The position numbers and the translations under genes are program-made. Source: Octopus sinensis (taxonomy: Eukaryota). From it: a stretch of 64,000 bases of DNA. Below the pieces are notes generated by a model that saw nothing but the letters and a program-made list of their open reading frames with translations, ran no database searches and was not told the origin of the DNA. Of the stretch, positions 26,330 to 39,337 are shown piece by piece (the stretch's first letter is position 1; each line of letters opens with the position of its first letter). The stretch covers positions 39,990,001 through 40,054,000 of the forward strand of contig NC_043001.1 in NCBI RefSeq assembly GCF_006345805.1, given 5' to 3'.

Positions 26330-26960
26330 AGAAAGCCACCTACTGTGTTTTGTCATGGAGAAAATTTCTAAATGTGTCAGATGCCTTTGGTTTAATGCCG
26401 ATACAAGATTTCTTCTGACTGCTCTACATTCTGATTAATCTCTTTAAGCCTGACTCCAGATATTTTTTCCAGAATGATGCTTTATCTTCACAAGAATGAG
26501 GCTCTGTGACATTTATTCAGTGTCCCTGCATGTCTCTGTAAACTGTTGATTAGTTTCAATTTAGATTGCTTGTTAATTATTTTGTCTTTCAGTTGCTCCC
26601 TTCTGAAGGCAGAGTTTTTGTTAACAACTCTTAGCTTCTCTTTGAGGGTGATTAATTTGTATACAAGGGTTCTCTTTATTTTTTCTGTGCATTGTTTTTA
26701 TTTTATTATTCATTCTTTGCTTGATGTAAGAGCAGTTATTTGTTTGCATGTGATAAGCAATGCCTCATAACTGATAGTTCTCCATAAATTAACTATCCTG
26801 TTTCTCTTTTCCTAAATTCATTATGGTATTTTTCTATTGTTCTGCTTTTCTTTAATTTTTCAGGATACATTTATGTTAACGTCCGCTGGGCAGCTAATTT
26901 CCACAATTGTACACAGTTTCTCTTCTCTATCCCAAATCATTGTATCAGGCCTGTTGTGCT
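26330..26960 (-). mobile_element. REL-type non-LTR element remnant
   Basis: KHNRPDTMIWDREEKLCTIVEISCPADVN at 26960-26870. The adjoining sequence is LINE-like but heavily degraded. Confidence 0.6.
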
Positions 26961-27699
26961 TACATTTTCTTTAATTTTTTTCTTTAATTTTTCTTTAATT
27001 TTTCAGGAAAGGTGCAGCTGTGTAGCTGTTGAGTGGGCATGTAAACAAACATTAATTCCCCAAAATAGGATAGAGTATTTTTGCATTGCAAATATTCTTC
27101 CTTGATTTTGTTAAGCACCATGAGAATCAGGACTTTTTTTGTAATTTATGTTAGATGAGGGTTTTTTTCTGAAGTTGGAGTTTTAAAAAGAAAATAATCT
27201 TCTCTTGAAAAATATACTGAGATAACACTTCCAAGTATTTATATTTCTTACTCTTCCAGCACAGTATATTAGGTTTTTTGACAGTATAGAGAACAGGAAT
27301 TTTGGGCAAATGACAGCATATTGACCATAGAATGGTTAACCTGATAGTTAGATAGCATAGTAGTAGAGGCCTGGTTTGTTACTGAATGTATGCCTGATAT
27401 AAGAGAACATTCACATGGTGTAATCTGTGCAATGTTCACATGTTCAGGAATAAAGTTACATTGAATATTTTCCAGGAAGAAAAATTGCTATAATCACATG
27501 CCTGTTTGCACTAAAATGTTCATTGCAGGCATAGTTATTCTGTTGTAAAATAATTTAGTTCTGTATGAAATTCTTTTCAGTATGATTTCATTATTTTCTT
27601 GAAAAAGTGAAAAAAAGGTTTTATCTTGCCATACTATTTGGTTGGAAAGAAAATCTTGTCACATTTCAAGATGGGAAAGAAATAAATGCTTCATTGATA

Positions 27700-27920
27700 T
27701 ATTTTGCCAAAATAATATTTAACCTCATTATTGATAATGTAGCCCCATCTATTTGGCAAAGTGTTGGTTTTCTTGGGCCCACAGGTTTCAAAGCAAAGAA
27801 ACATCCAATATCATTTTTGATCCCTTCACTATTAATAAAACATTCTTCATCTAAATACTGTTACAATAATTTGAAAAGATGATAGTCAGATGGAATAAGG
27901 TCAGCAACGGTATTCTCAAC
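27700..27920 (-). mobile_element. Mariner transposase C-terminal remnant
   Basis: DLIPSDYHLFKLL*QYLD...FFALKP. Confidence 0.7.
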
Positions 27921-28029
27921 ATCAGCAAATGGGTATTTTTATTTGTATGTATGTATGTATGTATGTATGTATGTATGTATGTGTGTATGTATGTATGTAT
28001 GTTGGCTGAACTGTCGATGCACAGACCCA

Positions 28030-28840
28030 AGTATGTGCGTCTATTGACATAAGAATCTCACATGGAGAATTTCTGGAATGTCATACAAATCTTCACTGTG
28101 TCAATATTGTGAAAAGAATCTGCGTTAGTTTCTTTTGTTCTTTTTCCGTGAAACCAAGTGTTTCTAGTTTTTTGCTTAAATTTGTTGGTACATAACCTAA
28201 TGTATCTATGATGATACGTACAAATGAGAATTCATAGTCAGGATACAAGAGCTGTAAGTTCCACGTTAATTCATTATTAATGCTCTCTTTTTTCCCTGGA
28301 CTTTTTATTGTACATTCACATCTGCTGGGCAGCTGACCTTTACAACAACATATAACTTTTGTTCCCAGCCCCATTGAACAATATAAGGTCTGTTGTTTGC
28401 ACCGAACTGATGTTTTTGATTGGGGAGTTCCACCAAAATTCCTTGTTTTTAAAGGTGTGGATACCTGCTGGTTCTGACATGCCTTTGAGGTATATGTCAG
28501 GGCAGTCCTTCCTACAAATAGCATTGTAAATAGTCTTTGTAACTATATCATGCCTCAGGGGCAGATTGTATCTCGTAGCCATTTTGGGGCAACTGCTGAT
28601 GATGTGGGCGATATCTCACATTGGCATAGCAGAGACGACATTTTTTTTATCACAACGTGTAAGTTTGTATGGTATCTTTGCCCCTTTTGTTTATCAGGAA
28701 TTTAGTAGATATCCCCTGTTCCTAGATAGCGAAGGTATATCCTTCTAGGTGGGATGTAATGTATCTATTGCAGGACCAGAAGTTACTCTTCCTGTCAATG
28801 CTGTTGTTACCCTCTAGCTTACGGGATACGTGCCCATACG
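28030..28840 (-). mobile_element. REL-type non-LTR element C-terminal remnant (CCHC finger and endonuclease)
   Basis: DIAHIISSCPKMATRYNLPLRHDIVTK...WWNSPIK...LQLLYPDYEF...LGYVP. Confidence 0.75.
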
Positions 28841-28959
28841 TCTTATGTATGTAAGTATGTATGTATGTATGTATGTATGTATGTATGTATGTATGTATGT
28901 ATGTATGTATGTATGTATGTATGTATGTGCATACATGCATTAAAGGCCTGTGAAATGTG

Positions 28960-29200
28960 GGAGGTAACTGGGAGAGCAATGTTTGTCATCACCATGGATG
29001 GAGGAAACAGGTAAAGAAGGGAGTCAATAGCTTTGAAAGAGTATGTAATCTCCATGAAGAATTTAAGTGTGCTGCTCAAAAACGCACTGCTAGTGTAATG
29101 AATGGGGAAGGCTGGATTTGCAATGTTTGCAGTTGTGTATGTTTATCAAGAGCTGCAAGTGTAAAGTATAAGGTAGTCCTGAGTGCACAATTTTCTTAAA
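28960..29200 (+). mobile_element. RTE LINE C-terminal fragment
   Basis: Aligns by eye with 16290-16450 (the region encoding WMCNV). Confidence 0.55.
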
Positions 29201-29229
29201 GGTCAATAATAGTTGTCTTCAGTCACAAG

Positions 29230-29960
29230 TGGATGGCCATCACATGCATACATACAGACCAGTGGTGAAGAGTGACTAGGAAACTAATCACACACTGAGG
29301 TTGGGGAGGGGAATTTCTGAGTGTTTCACCTTCCATGTTTTCCATGAAAAGTGTAGTATCATATGCTTTGAAATATAGGAAGTCTGTAAATGAAAATAAT
29401 TTCCCCCATACGATGCTCCATTTTGAAGTAGTAAGACATGAGAAACATATGTACAAGTATCAGGTCATCCCATAAGTTCTGTCCATATTTTAGTCACTCT
29501 TGCTTGACATACATAGCTTAAAACTTATGTATGCCACACTACATATAACAGAAGCCAGGCTATTTTTCTAGTTGAACATCACATATTGTTACCTAACCGG
29601 CCTGATTTCAATCTCCTCTATGTTTTTACTTCTTATAATTAAGTGTGCTAGTTCATGTAATATTGTGCATATGTTAGAAATCATCATTAGTGTAGGTAAG
29701 TTTAGCCACCAGTCCAGGTTCCACTGCTTCTCAGGCTGAGAAAATCTGTCAAGATATTGGTCACTTTCTGACAGGTTTATAGTCAAGCCTGTTGTAGCGG
29801 AGATTTCTGACATTCTTGGCTTCTGAACTATATCCCTGCTCACCACTATCAGGGTGAAGATGGCTATTCACATGTACAAATCCCATGACACAGAGCAGCT
29901 GTTTCAGTGCATCACCCTTGCCATCCTCCAGGGCATTGCCATTTCCATTTTGTCTGTGGA
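29230..29960 (-). mobile_element. RTE LINE AP-endonuclease remnant interrupted by a mariner TIR at about 29457
   Basis: Degenerate APE-like segments (DFLYF...QC/HWSV). The TIR tcaggtcatcccataagttctgtcc matches the mariners at 14956 and 43557. Confidence 0.45.
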
Positions 29961-31711
29961 GACCTTGAGGTATGCTTTTGGTATACAGCAGTAGCCAGTA
30001 TTTATTCTCCTATCTGTAATTTTCTGCAGTATTATAATGCCTATTTGTTGATTGATGTAAATTGTTTATGTGCCATGAATTTGGTATTATGTAAATACAT
30101 CAGTCCTATTTTTGAAATACTTTTCTCATGGCACATCAATGTTTATATAACAAATAACAAACGCAAAATTTGAAAGTGTGCATGTGTATAAGTGTTAAAA
30201 GAGGTTTTCTTTGAATACTTCTTTCCATTAAAAATTAAAACCTTACCTCTTTTGTGAAATGGTATTTTACTTCAGAATATGTGTTACAAGGTATCTGACA
30301 CATCCAGATCTAAATGTACTGACTATTTACATTATAAATAAGGCTTAACAATTAATGAAGATTTATCATTTAAAAAATTTTGTGGGGTTTTTTTGTGAGT
30401 TTTTCTTTAAATTTTCTTTCTGATGTGCCTTCAAGTTTGTTTTTAGATGAGCCAATTTGGAAGAATTATTAGAGCAACCATTTTCAAAGTTAGATGTCCT
30501 TTCTAATGCGAATGTTTGGACTAATGACAGCATTTTATAGGGATGTAGTAGCTGAGTGGTTAGGGATGAATAGGGTTAACAAACCAAAGCAACAAACAGA
30601 TATATCTATCACTCCAACATTGAGTGGTCAGTAACTGAGAAAGTAAATTTATTTGTACACTAAATAAGTAAATAAATAAATAAATAAAGTTTTCATAAGA
30701 GTATGAGGGGAAAGTAAACTGGTTGAGGTAGAAGTTAATCTAGTGATGGTGGTGGTGGTGGTGGTGGTGATGATGAGGATGATGATGATGATGATGATGA
30801 GGAGGAGGAGGAGATAAATACTCTAAACAATTCGTCTTTATGACATTGTAGATATTCTTAGTAGTGGAACATGAGATTTATCCGGGAACTAGCAAATTCC
30901 CGTTAACATATGTTCAAATTCATTGTTCTTGAAGTTATGACAATTGTTAAGAGAGAATTTATGATGTTTTTAATTGATCTACTTAAATCAAGGTCACCAT
31001 GTGGAAATTCCAACAACACACTCTACTCATAATCTCAATCTTCTATTACACATAAAAAGTTATTCTTAAAATAGTTATCATAATGACTAAAAGTTAAGGA
31101 TTGGCTTTCAGATAATTTGTATTTATTAACATCCTACAGAGTGTATAGGGAAATTCAGAATCAGATATCTATTTTCTATTACTACCAAGTCATATGAGGA
31201 AGGAGAAAATTGTTTGTTTTTCTTTTTTTTTTTATGTGTCTAAATGCTAAAGTTTGGGGAATGAAAATAGAATAAAATAATAAACTATTTTATAACTATC
31301 AGCTACAATATTTCCTAGATAACTTAATTGAAACAATGACACAAAATGAGAAATTTATAACTTCTTTTATAAAATTTCACTGTGAGAATTAAGTACCACA
31401 TTAAAGTCACTGTTTGTGCATTTGTATGCATGCCCCTGTGAGTGCACATTTATAATGTATGTAAGGTGGAAAGTATGGACAAGTGGTTATGAAGTTCCAT
31501 TCCAAATCATGAGATCCCAGATTCAATGCTACTGTATGGAATCTTGAGCATGTGCCATATTTTTGAGAGTGAAACTGGGTAGACAGAAGCTGTGTGGAAG
31601 CTCATAAGTAATTTTTAAAAAATCAGCCTTGTCACTCTCTGCAGTGTTCTGATTTTGCCTGAAGATTATACTAAGAATGTGTATATATGTATATATGTAT
31701 GTATAGATGTA

Positions 31712-33008
31712 TGGGGTTGGCAACTAAGTTCCCGCGTTTTTTTTTAATTTTGAAGTTTATTGTGTTTTTAAATTTTGGAATCTATTTTTTTGAGAATTCT
31801 ATTTTTGAATCATGTTGGAATCTATTTTGTTTTGTTTGGGTTTTTTTCTAGTTAATTTTAGTTAACTTTTGTTTATTTTCAGATCATTAAAATGGAATGT
31901 CAAGTTAAGAAAAACAAGCATTTTCAACATCTCCTTCTTTTTGCTTTTAATCAAGGTTCTAAGGCTGCAAAAGCTGCTTGTGATATTTCTGCTGTGTATG
32001 GAGAGAGTGCCATAGCTGAAAGAACCGCTTGTGATTGGTATGTCAAGTTCAAAAATGGAAATTTTGACCTCAAAGAGACACCTTGTTCTGGCTGACCAGT
32101 TGAGTTCGATGAAGAGCAATTAAACCAACTTTTACACGAAAATTCTTGTCAAACGACAAGGGAACTAGCAGAGAAAATGGAATGCTCCCACACTGCTATA
32201 GAGAAGCATCTTCACTCGATGGGAAAGGTTCAGAAGTATGGAGCATGGGTTCTGCATGCTTTAAGTGACAACAACAAAAACCAACGAGCCACAATCTCCG
32301 CTGGTTTGTTTGCTCATCACCACTCAACTCATGGACACAAGTAACAATTTCTTTACTGAATCGTTACTGGCAACGAAAAATGGTGCCTGTACATCATATG
32401 AAGGAGTGTAAAGAATGGCTTAGCCCCAGTAAACAAGTGACACCGCGCGTGAGACAAGATCTTCATCCACATCAAACAATGTTTTGCGTATGGTGGAACT
32501 GGGAAGGGATTATCCATTATGAATTGCTTGAACAGAACCAAACAGTCAACATAGAACTCTATGTTCAACAGATGGAATGACTCAATGCAGCTATTCAAGA
32601 GAAAATACCTAATCGGCAGCATAAAATTCTTCTGCTGCATGACAACGCCCACCCTCATATTGCCAATATGACCAAGGAAGCCATTCAAACTCATGGCTGG
32701 AAAGTGCTGCCATACCCACTGTACTCTCCAGATTTGGCACCAATGGATTTCCACCTCTTTCGTTCTCTTTCAAATGCTATGCATGGAGTTTTGTTTAATA
32801 CTGATGCAGAATTGAGAGCTTGGTTGGATTAATGTTTCAAGTCTAAATCGTGTGATTTCTACCAACGGGGTATTGAAAATCTTGTTAAACGTTGGGAAGA
32901 AGTTGTAAGCAACAAGGGTGAATACATTATTGATTAATTAGCTGTTATTTTTTATTAAAGTTTTTTAAAAATTTTAATTTTAAAAATGGCAGGGACTTAG
33001 CTGCCAAC

Positions 33009-33012
<4 letters not shown>
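31712..33012 (+). mobile_element. Full-length (about 1.3 kb) mariner element, pseudogenised
   Basis: Paired TIRs gttggcaactaagttccc / gggacttagctgccaac flanked by TA. Contains WVLHAL, VTGNEKW, HDNA and YSPDLAPMDFHLF with several stops. Confidence 0.93.
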
Positions 33013-33044
<32 letters not shown>

Positions 33045-33049
<5 letters not shown>

Positions 33050-33660
33050 GGATGAGTGTATTTTTCCCTTGTTAAGGATAGGAATAAATGTAACAGTACT
33101 GGGCTCAGTAAATTTATTTGGGATCTAAAAGACCACAATGAACAATTTAATTTTAAATGGTTGATTCTTTCGATTTCGATACCTTATGACAAAGGCAAGG
33201 AATTCTGTCTTCTCTGTAATTCTGAACTATTTTTCATTATTTTTTCTAAAAATCCCCTAGTAAACACGGTTATAGCGCGTGCATACTGTTATAAACATTG
33301 GCAAAAATACACCTTTAGTTCATATAAGTAATCTCTATCATTATATATAATTTAAACATTAATTTTCTTTTATATTTAACATTCACTAAAAATATCCCTC
33401 CTCTTTCTATAGGCTACTTCTGATATTATATCATATAACGTTTTTTTCAAACAATATTAATAGAATTCAGTAAATCACTACACATATCCATCATTTTCTG
33501 TTAAAATGTCTTATTGACGAGTTTCGTTTTTTCACTTCCCTGAAGAGAAGATTGCATTGTTTTATACCATTTATTCTTTTGAATAATATCAGTGAAATCT
33601 TCGAAGCATATGTCAAAAGTAAAAGTATTTGATTTATACCTGCATTAAACTCCATTTATT
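33045..33660 (+). mobile_element. Penelope-like 3' fragment: GIY-YIG C-terminus and pLTR
   Basis: STGLSKFIWDLKD...KWLIL...CLLCNSE, followed by a pLTR containing a hammerhead motif at 33535-33620. Confidence 0.8.
33535..33620 (+). ncRNA. Type I hammerhead motif, degenerate (GAAA read as GAAG)
   Basis: CTGAAGA-GAAGATT...AATCTTC-GAAG-CATATG-TC. Homologous to 45786-45871. Confidence 0.55.
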
Positions 33661-33705
33661 TATTTATACATATATATATATATATGGAAATTTTAGTTAA
33701 GATAC

Positions 33706-34025
33706 CCGTGCTGGTGACATGTTAAAAGCACCGTCTGAATGTGGCAGATGCCAGCGCCGCCTGACTGGTGTCCGTGTCGGTGACACGTAAAAGCACCAAC
33801 CGATCATAGCCGTTTGCCAGCCTCCTCTGGCCCCTGTGCCGGTGGCATGTAAAAAGCACCCACTACACTCACAGAGTGGTTGGCATTAGGAAGGGCATCC
33901 AGCTGTAGAAACACTGCCAGATCAGACTGGTGCCTGGTGCAGCCTCCTGGCTTCCCAGACCCAAGTCGAACCATCCAACTCATGTGAGCATGGAAAACGG
34001 ACGTTAAACGATGATGATGATGATA
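33706..34025 (+). mobile_element. Isolated RTE 3'-UTR copy (extreme 5' truncation or tail-derived SINE)
   Basis: Closely similar to 16890-17270, including the (gat)n tail. Confidence 0.88.
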
Positions 34026-34946
34026 TATATATACATACAGATATATATATAAGCAAAAATTTAGATTCAGATAAATATGGTATTTAAGTTGAGGCACTAG
34101 AATTTAGTACGGTATTATCCATACAATTTCAAAGTAAGATGATTAAAATCAAAATAAGCAACAAGGATATCCAGAGGTAATGCAGTACAATCGTTTTGTG
34201 CAACTCCATTTAATTGAACAATGCAATCATTACATCAATTTAAAATGCAGAGCAATCTTCAGCTGCACAAGGACATAGAATTTAATTAAATTAGAACAGA
34301 TGGATACATTAGTATAATTATACCTAAAATCTCCAAGAAGTTAAAAAGATAGACAAAGAACATGCTGTTTTAGTCCAGCATAGAAGTAAGTGAATTTTCA
34401 AGAAGATATATGTTGTTACAGACTCTGCCTGTCACTGATTTTTTGTTTTTATGGGGTCAGTTTTAATTTATAGACTAGTTTATCAAATCCCTTGTATATC
34501 TAAGGCTGACAGAACAGAAGGCAGTAACCCACATTTTTATCACAATAGAGGGAGGAAAACTAATTTGCAAAGAAATAGTTTAATATTTATTTACTTATTT
34601 CTTATCTAAATACTAACTTATTATATGGTTTCTATGGAGATTGAGCAATTGGATTTAACTGGTATTTAATAAGGGAGCAATTGAGGTTAAAGAACATGTC
34701 AACTATATACTGATTTAATTATATTGGACTATCTTAAGTTGTCGAGATACCGGTATTACGTTATATAAGCTGAGTACAAATTAATAGGGGTACAAGGATT
34801 AGATTTATTTAAAGCTACTATAAAATAATAATAATAATTTTATAGGTGTAAGCATGTACATATATATATATGTATATATGCATATATATATTATCTATAG
34901 TATTATATGTATATAACTCAGGTAACTTAATGCATACACATATAGA

Positions 34947-35039
<93 letters not shown>

Positions 35040-35233
35040 TATATGGACAAATATTTTGTGTTTAACGTCCATACAGGTGTTTGCATAGATGCCTAGGGAT
35101 ATACATATATATATATAGCTACACATACACATACACACACACATATATATATATATATGTGTGTGTGTGTGCATTTCTATATATATACATATATGAACAC
35201 ATAGGTATATAGATTTATATATATATATAAATT

Positions 35234-35264
<31 letters not shown>

Positions 35265-35509
35265 TATACATACATGCATACATATTATACTTACATACAT
35301 ACATATATACGTACATACATACATACATATGAGTGTGTGTACAACAATTTACATACACCGTATCTGCATTTGCAAATGCTTTCACGTTATTTATCGTAAT
35401 GCATTACCCCTGGACATCCTTGTTGCATATTTTGATTTTAATCATATATATATTTATATACATGTATGTATGTATGTATATATGTGTTTGTGTGTGTGTA
35501 TACATATAT

Positions 35510-35870
35510 AAACATGCAAAAGGGACATGAATGCCTGCAACATCAATATTACTAACTGGGAAGCAGTTGCCAGCAATCGTGGAGATTGGCAACGTACCGT
35601 AAAAGAGGGAACACAAAGGAGTGACATGGAGAGAGAGGAGAAATGGAAAGACAAGAAAAGACGTCAACAAGAAAGTATGACATTACAACCAGCCAGGCAA
35701 AGTCTTTGCTACATTCGCGGCACCTGCCAGAGGGAGTGTTTGTCCAGGATAGGACTACCCAGCCACAGCAGGAGGTGTATTAGGACATGAAATGTAAAAG
35801 CTGGACTAGATTATTTTATGCGCAACTCTATTGTCTCCCAAGACAAAAAGGATGCCAACAACAATATATA
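35510..35870 (+). mobile_element. RTE-BovB-like LINE 3' end
   Basis: KGDMNACNINITNWEAVASNRGDWQRTVKEG...C-x-R-x-CLSRIGL-x-SHSRRC. Confidence 0.8.
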
Positions 35871-36131
35871 TGGATTTCGTAGACAGGAACTGAAGCAAAT
35901 CAATTGTATATATATGTATGTATATATGTAAGTGTATGTGTGTGTTTTTGTCTCTGTGTTTCACCCTCATCACTGCTTCACAACTGCTGTTCATTTATTT
36001 ACATCCACATAACTCACTGGTTTCGCAAGAACAAACTAATAGAATAAGTACTAGGCTTATCAACATAAAAAAAGCACTAGGCTGCCTCTCATATTTTTGT
36101 TTGCCCACTCAGTTGTATCAATCAATTTATC

Positions 36132-36168
<37 letters not shown>

Positions 36169-36181
36169 ATATCTATATCTA

Positions 36182-36325
<144 letters not shown>

Positions 36326-36406
36326 GGTCCCGGGTGAGTCGGGGTTAACCACAGTAAATAAGGTACTCAATACATAGCAGAGTAAATTAATTTATTTTAT
36401 AGAAGG

Positions 36407-36457
36407 AGCTTCTACAGGACTAGAACTGTTTCATTCAAAAGAAATCATCAGGAAGCT
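36407..36457 (-). ncRNA. Type I hammerhead ribozyme motif, best preserved copy
   Basis: AGCTTC-CTGATGA-TTTC tttt GAAT-GAAA-CAG ttctagtc CTG-TA|GAAGCT. Perfect 6-bp stem I and a complete core with a GUA triplet. One mismatch at 10.1-11.1. It lies in pLTR-like sequence 36330-36620. Confidence 0.75.
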
Positions 36458-36619
36458 GGGTAACAAGAATAGTTTTGGCATTTATACACTTAGGCAGGTT
36501 TAAGGGGGGGGGGACTTTTTGGGGTAGGCATGGCGCAAACTATCTTTCTTAGGGGAGTGGTCAAAGGAATCAGTGATAAAGTAGATAAAAGAATAAATAG
36601 AATAATAGAGTTTACATAC

Positions 36620-38553
<1,934 letters not shown>

Positions 38554-38649
38554 GTTGAACTTAAAAATGGTCTATGACTATTTAATTTTTTCCCACTAGG
38601 CCGCTGGTGGCAAAAAAATTCTACAAAATTTTTTGCCACCCTATATTGA

Positions 38650-38708
<59 letters not shown>

Positions 38709-38805
38709 CGGGAAGCTTTATGAAAATAAACAAAAGACGAAGGCAGGTGGAAAACAAACGAACAATTGTATTAGTATGGCGCTCAGGAAATATAAATAAA
38801 ACAAG

Positions 38806-38843
38806 TCTTTAACGTTTCGAGCCTACGCTCTTCAACAGAAAGA
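38806..38843 (-). ncRNA. Variant minimal hammerhead in the pLTR downstream of the Penelope ORF
   Basis: TCTTT-CTGTTGAA-GAG cgtagg CTC-GAAA-CG-TT|AAAGA. It has a 5-bp stem I and a loopless ACGT stem III, with a non-canonical core. Confidence 0.6.
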
Positions 38844-39337
38844 TACACATAGAGAGAAAAACACAGAAAGAAGGAGATAAAAAAAATGCGTGCAGTAGCT
38901 AACGAATCAACATGGCGATCTGATTTCGGCCAGAGGTCAAAGATCAAACATGAGACGCGAGAGCGAAATAGGGGGAGATAATAGGGTTGATAAAAGGGTT
39001 GAGGGACCAGCTAAAAGTGCGTGGGAGGGGTCTGGATGTGTGTATGTATAGGGTTGGTGTATGTATTAGTATGTATAAGGGTGTGTGTGTGTGTGTGTAT
39101 GAGAGAGTATTAGTGCGTAAGATTGGTCTGGACGTGCGTATGTATGGGGTTGGTGTATGTATTAGTATGTATTAGTATGTATTAGTACGTATTGGTATGT
39201 ATAGGTGTGTGTGTGTGTGTGAGAGAGTATAAGTGCGTATGCGGGGTCTGGACGTGTGTATGTATAGGGTTGGTGTAAGTATTAGTATGTACTGGTATGT
39301 ATTAGTACGTATTAGTATGTATTAGTTGGTGTGTGTA

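Noticed and set aside
27252-27560. Possible minus-strand exon ending at a gtaag donor
   Set aside because: All three frames hit stops within about 45 codons and there is no matching acceptor.
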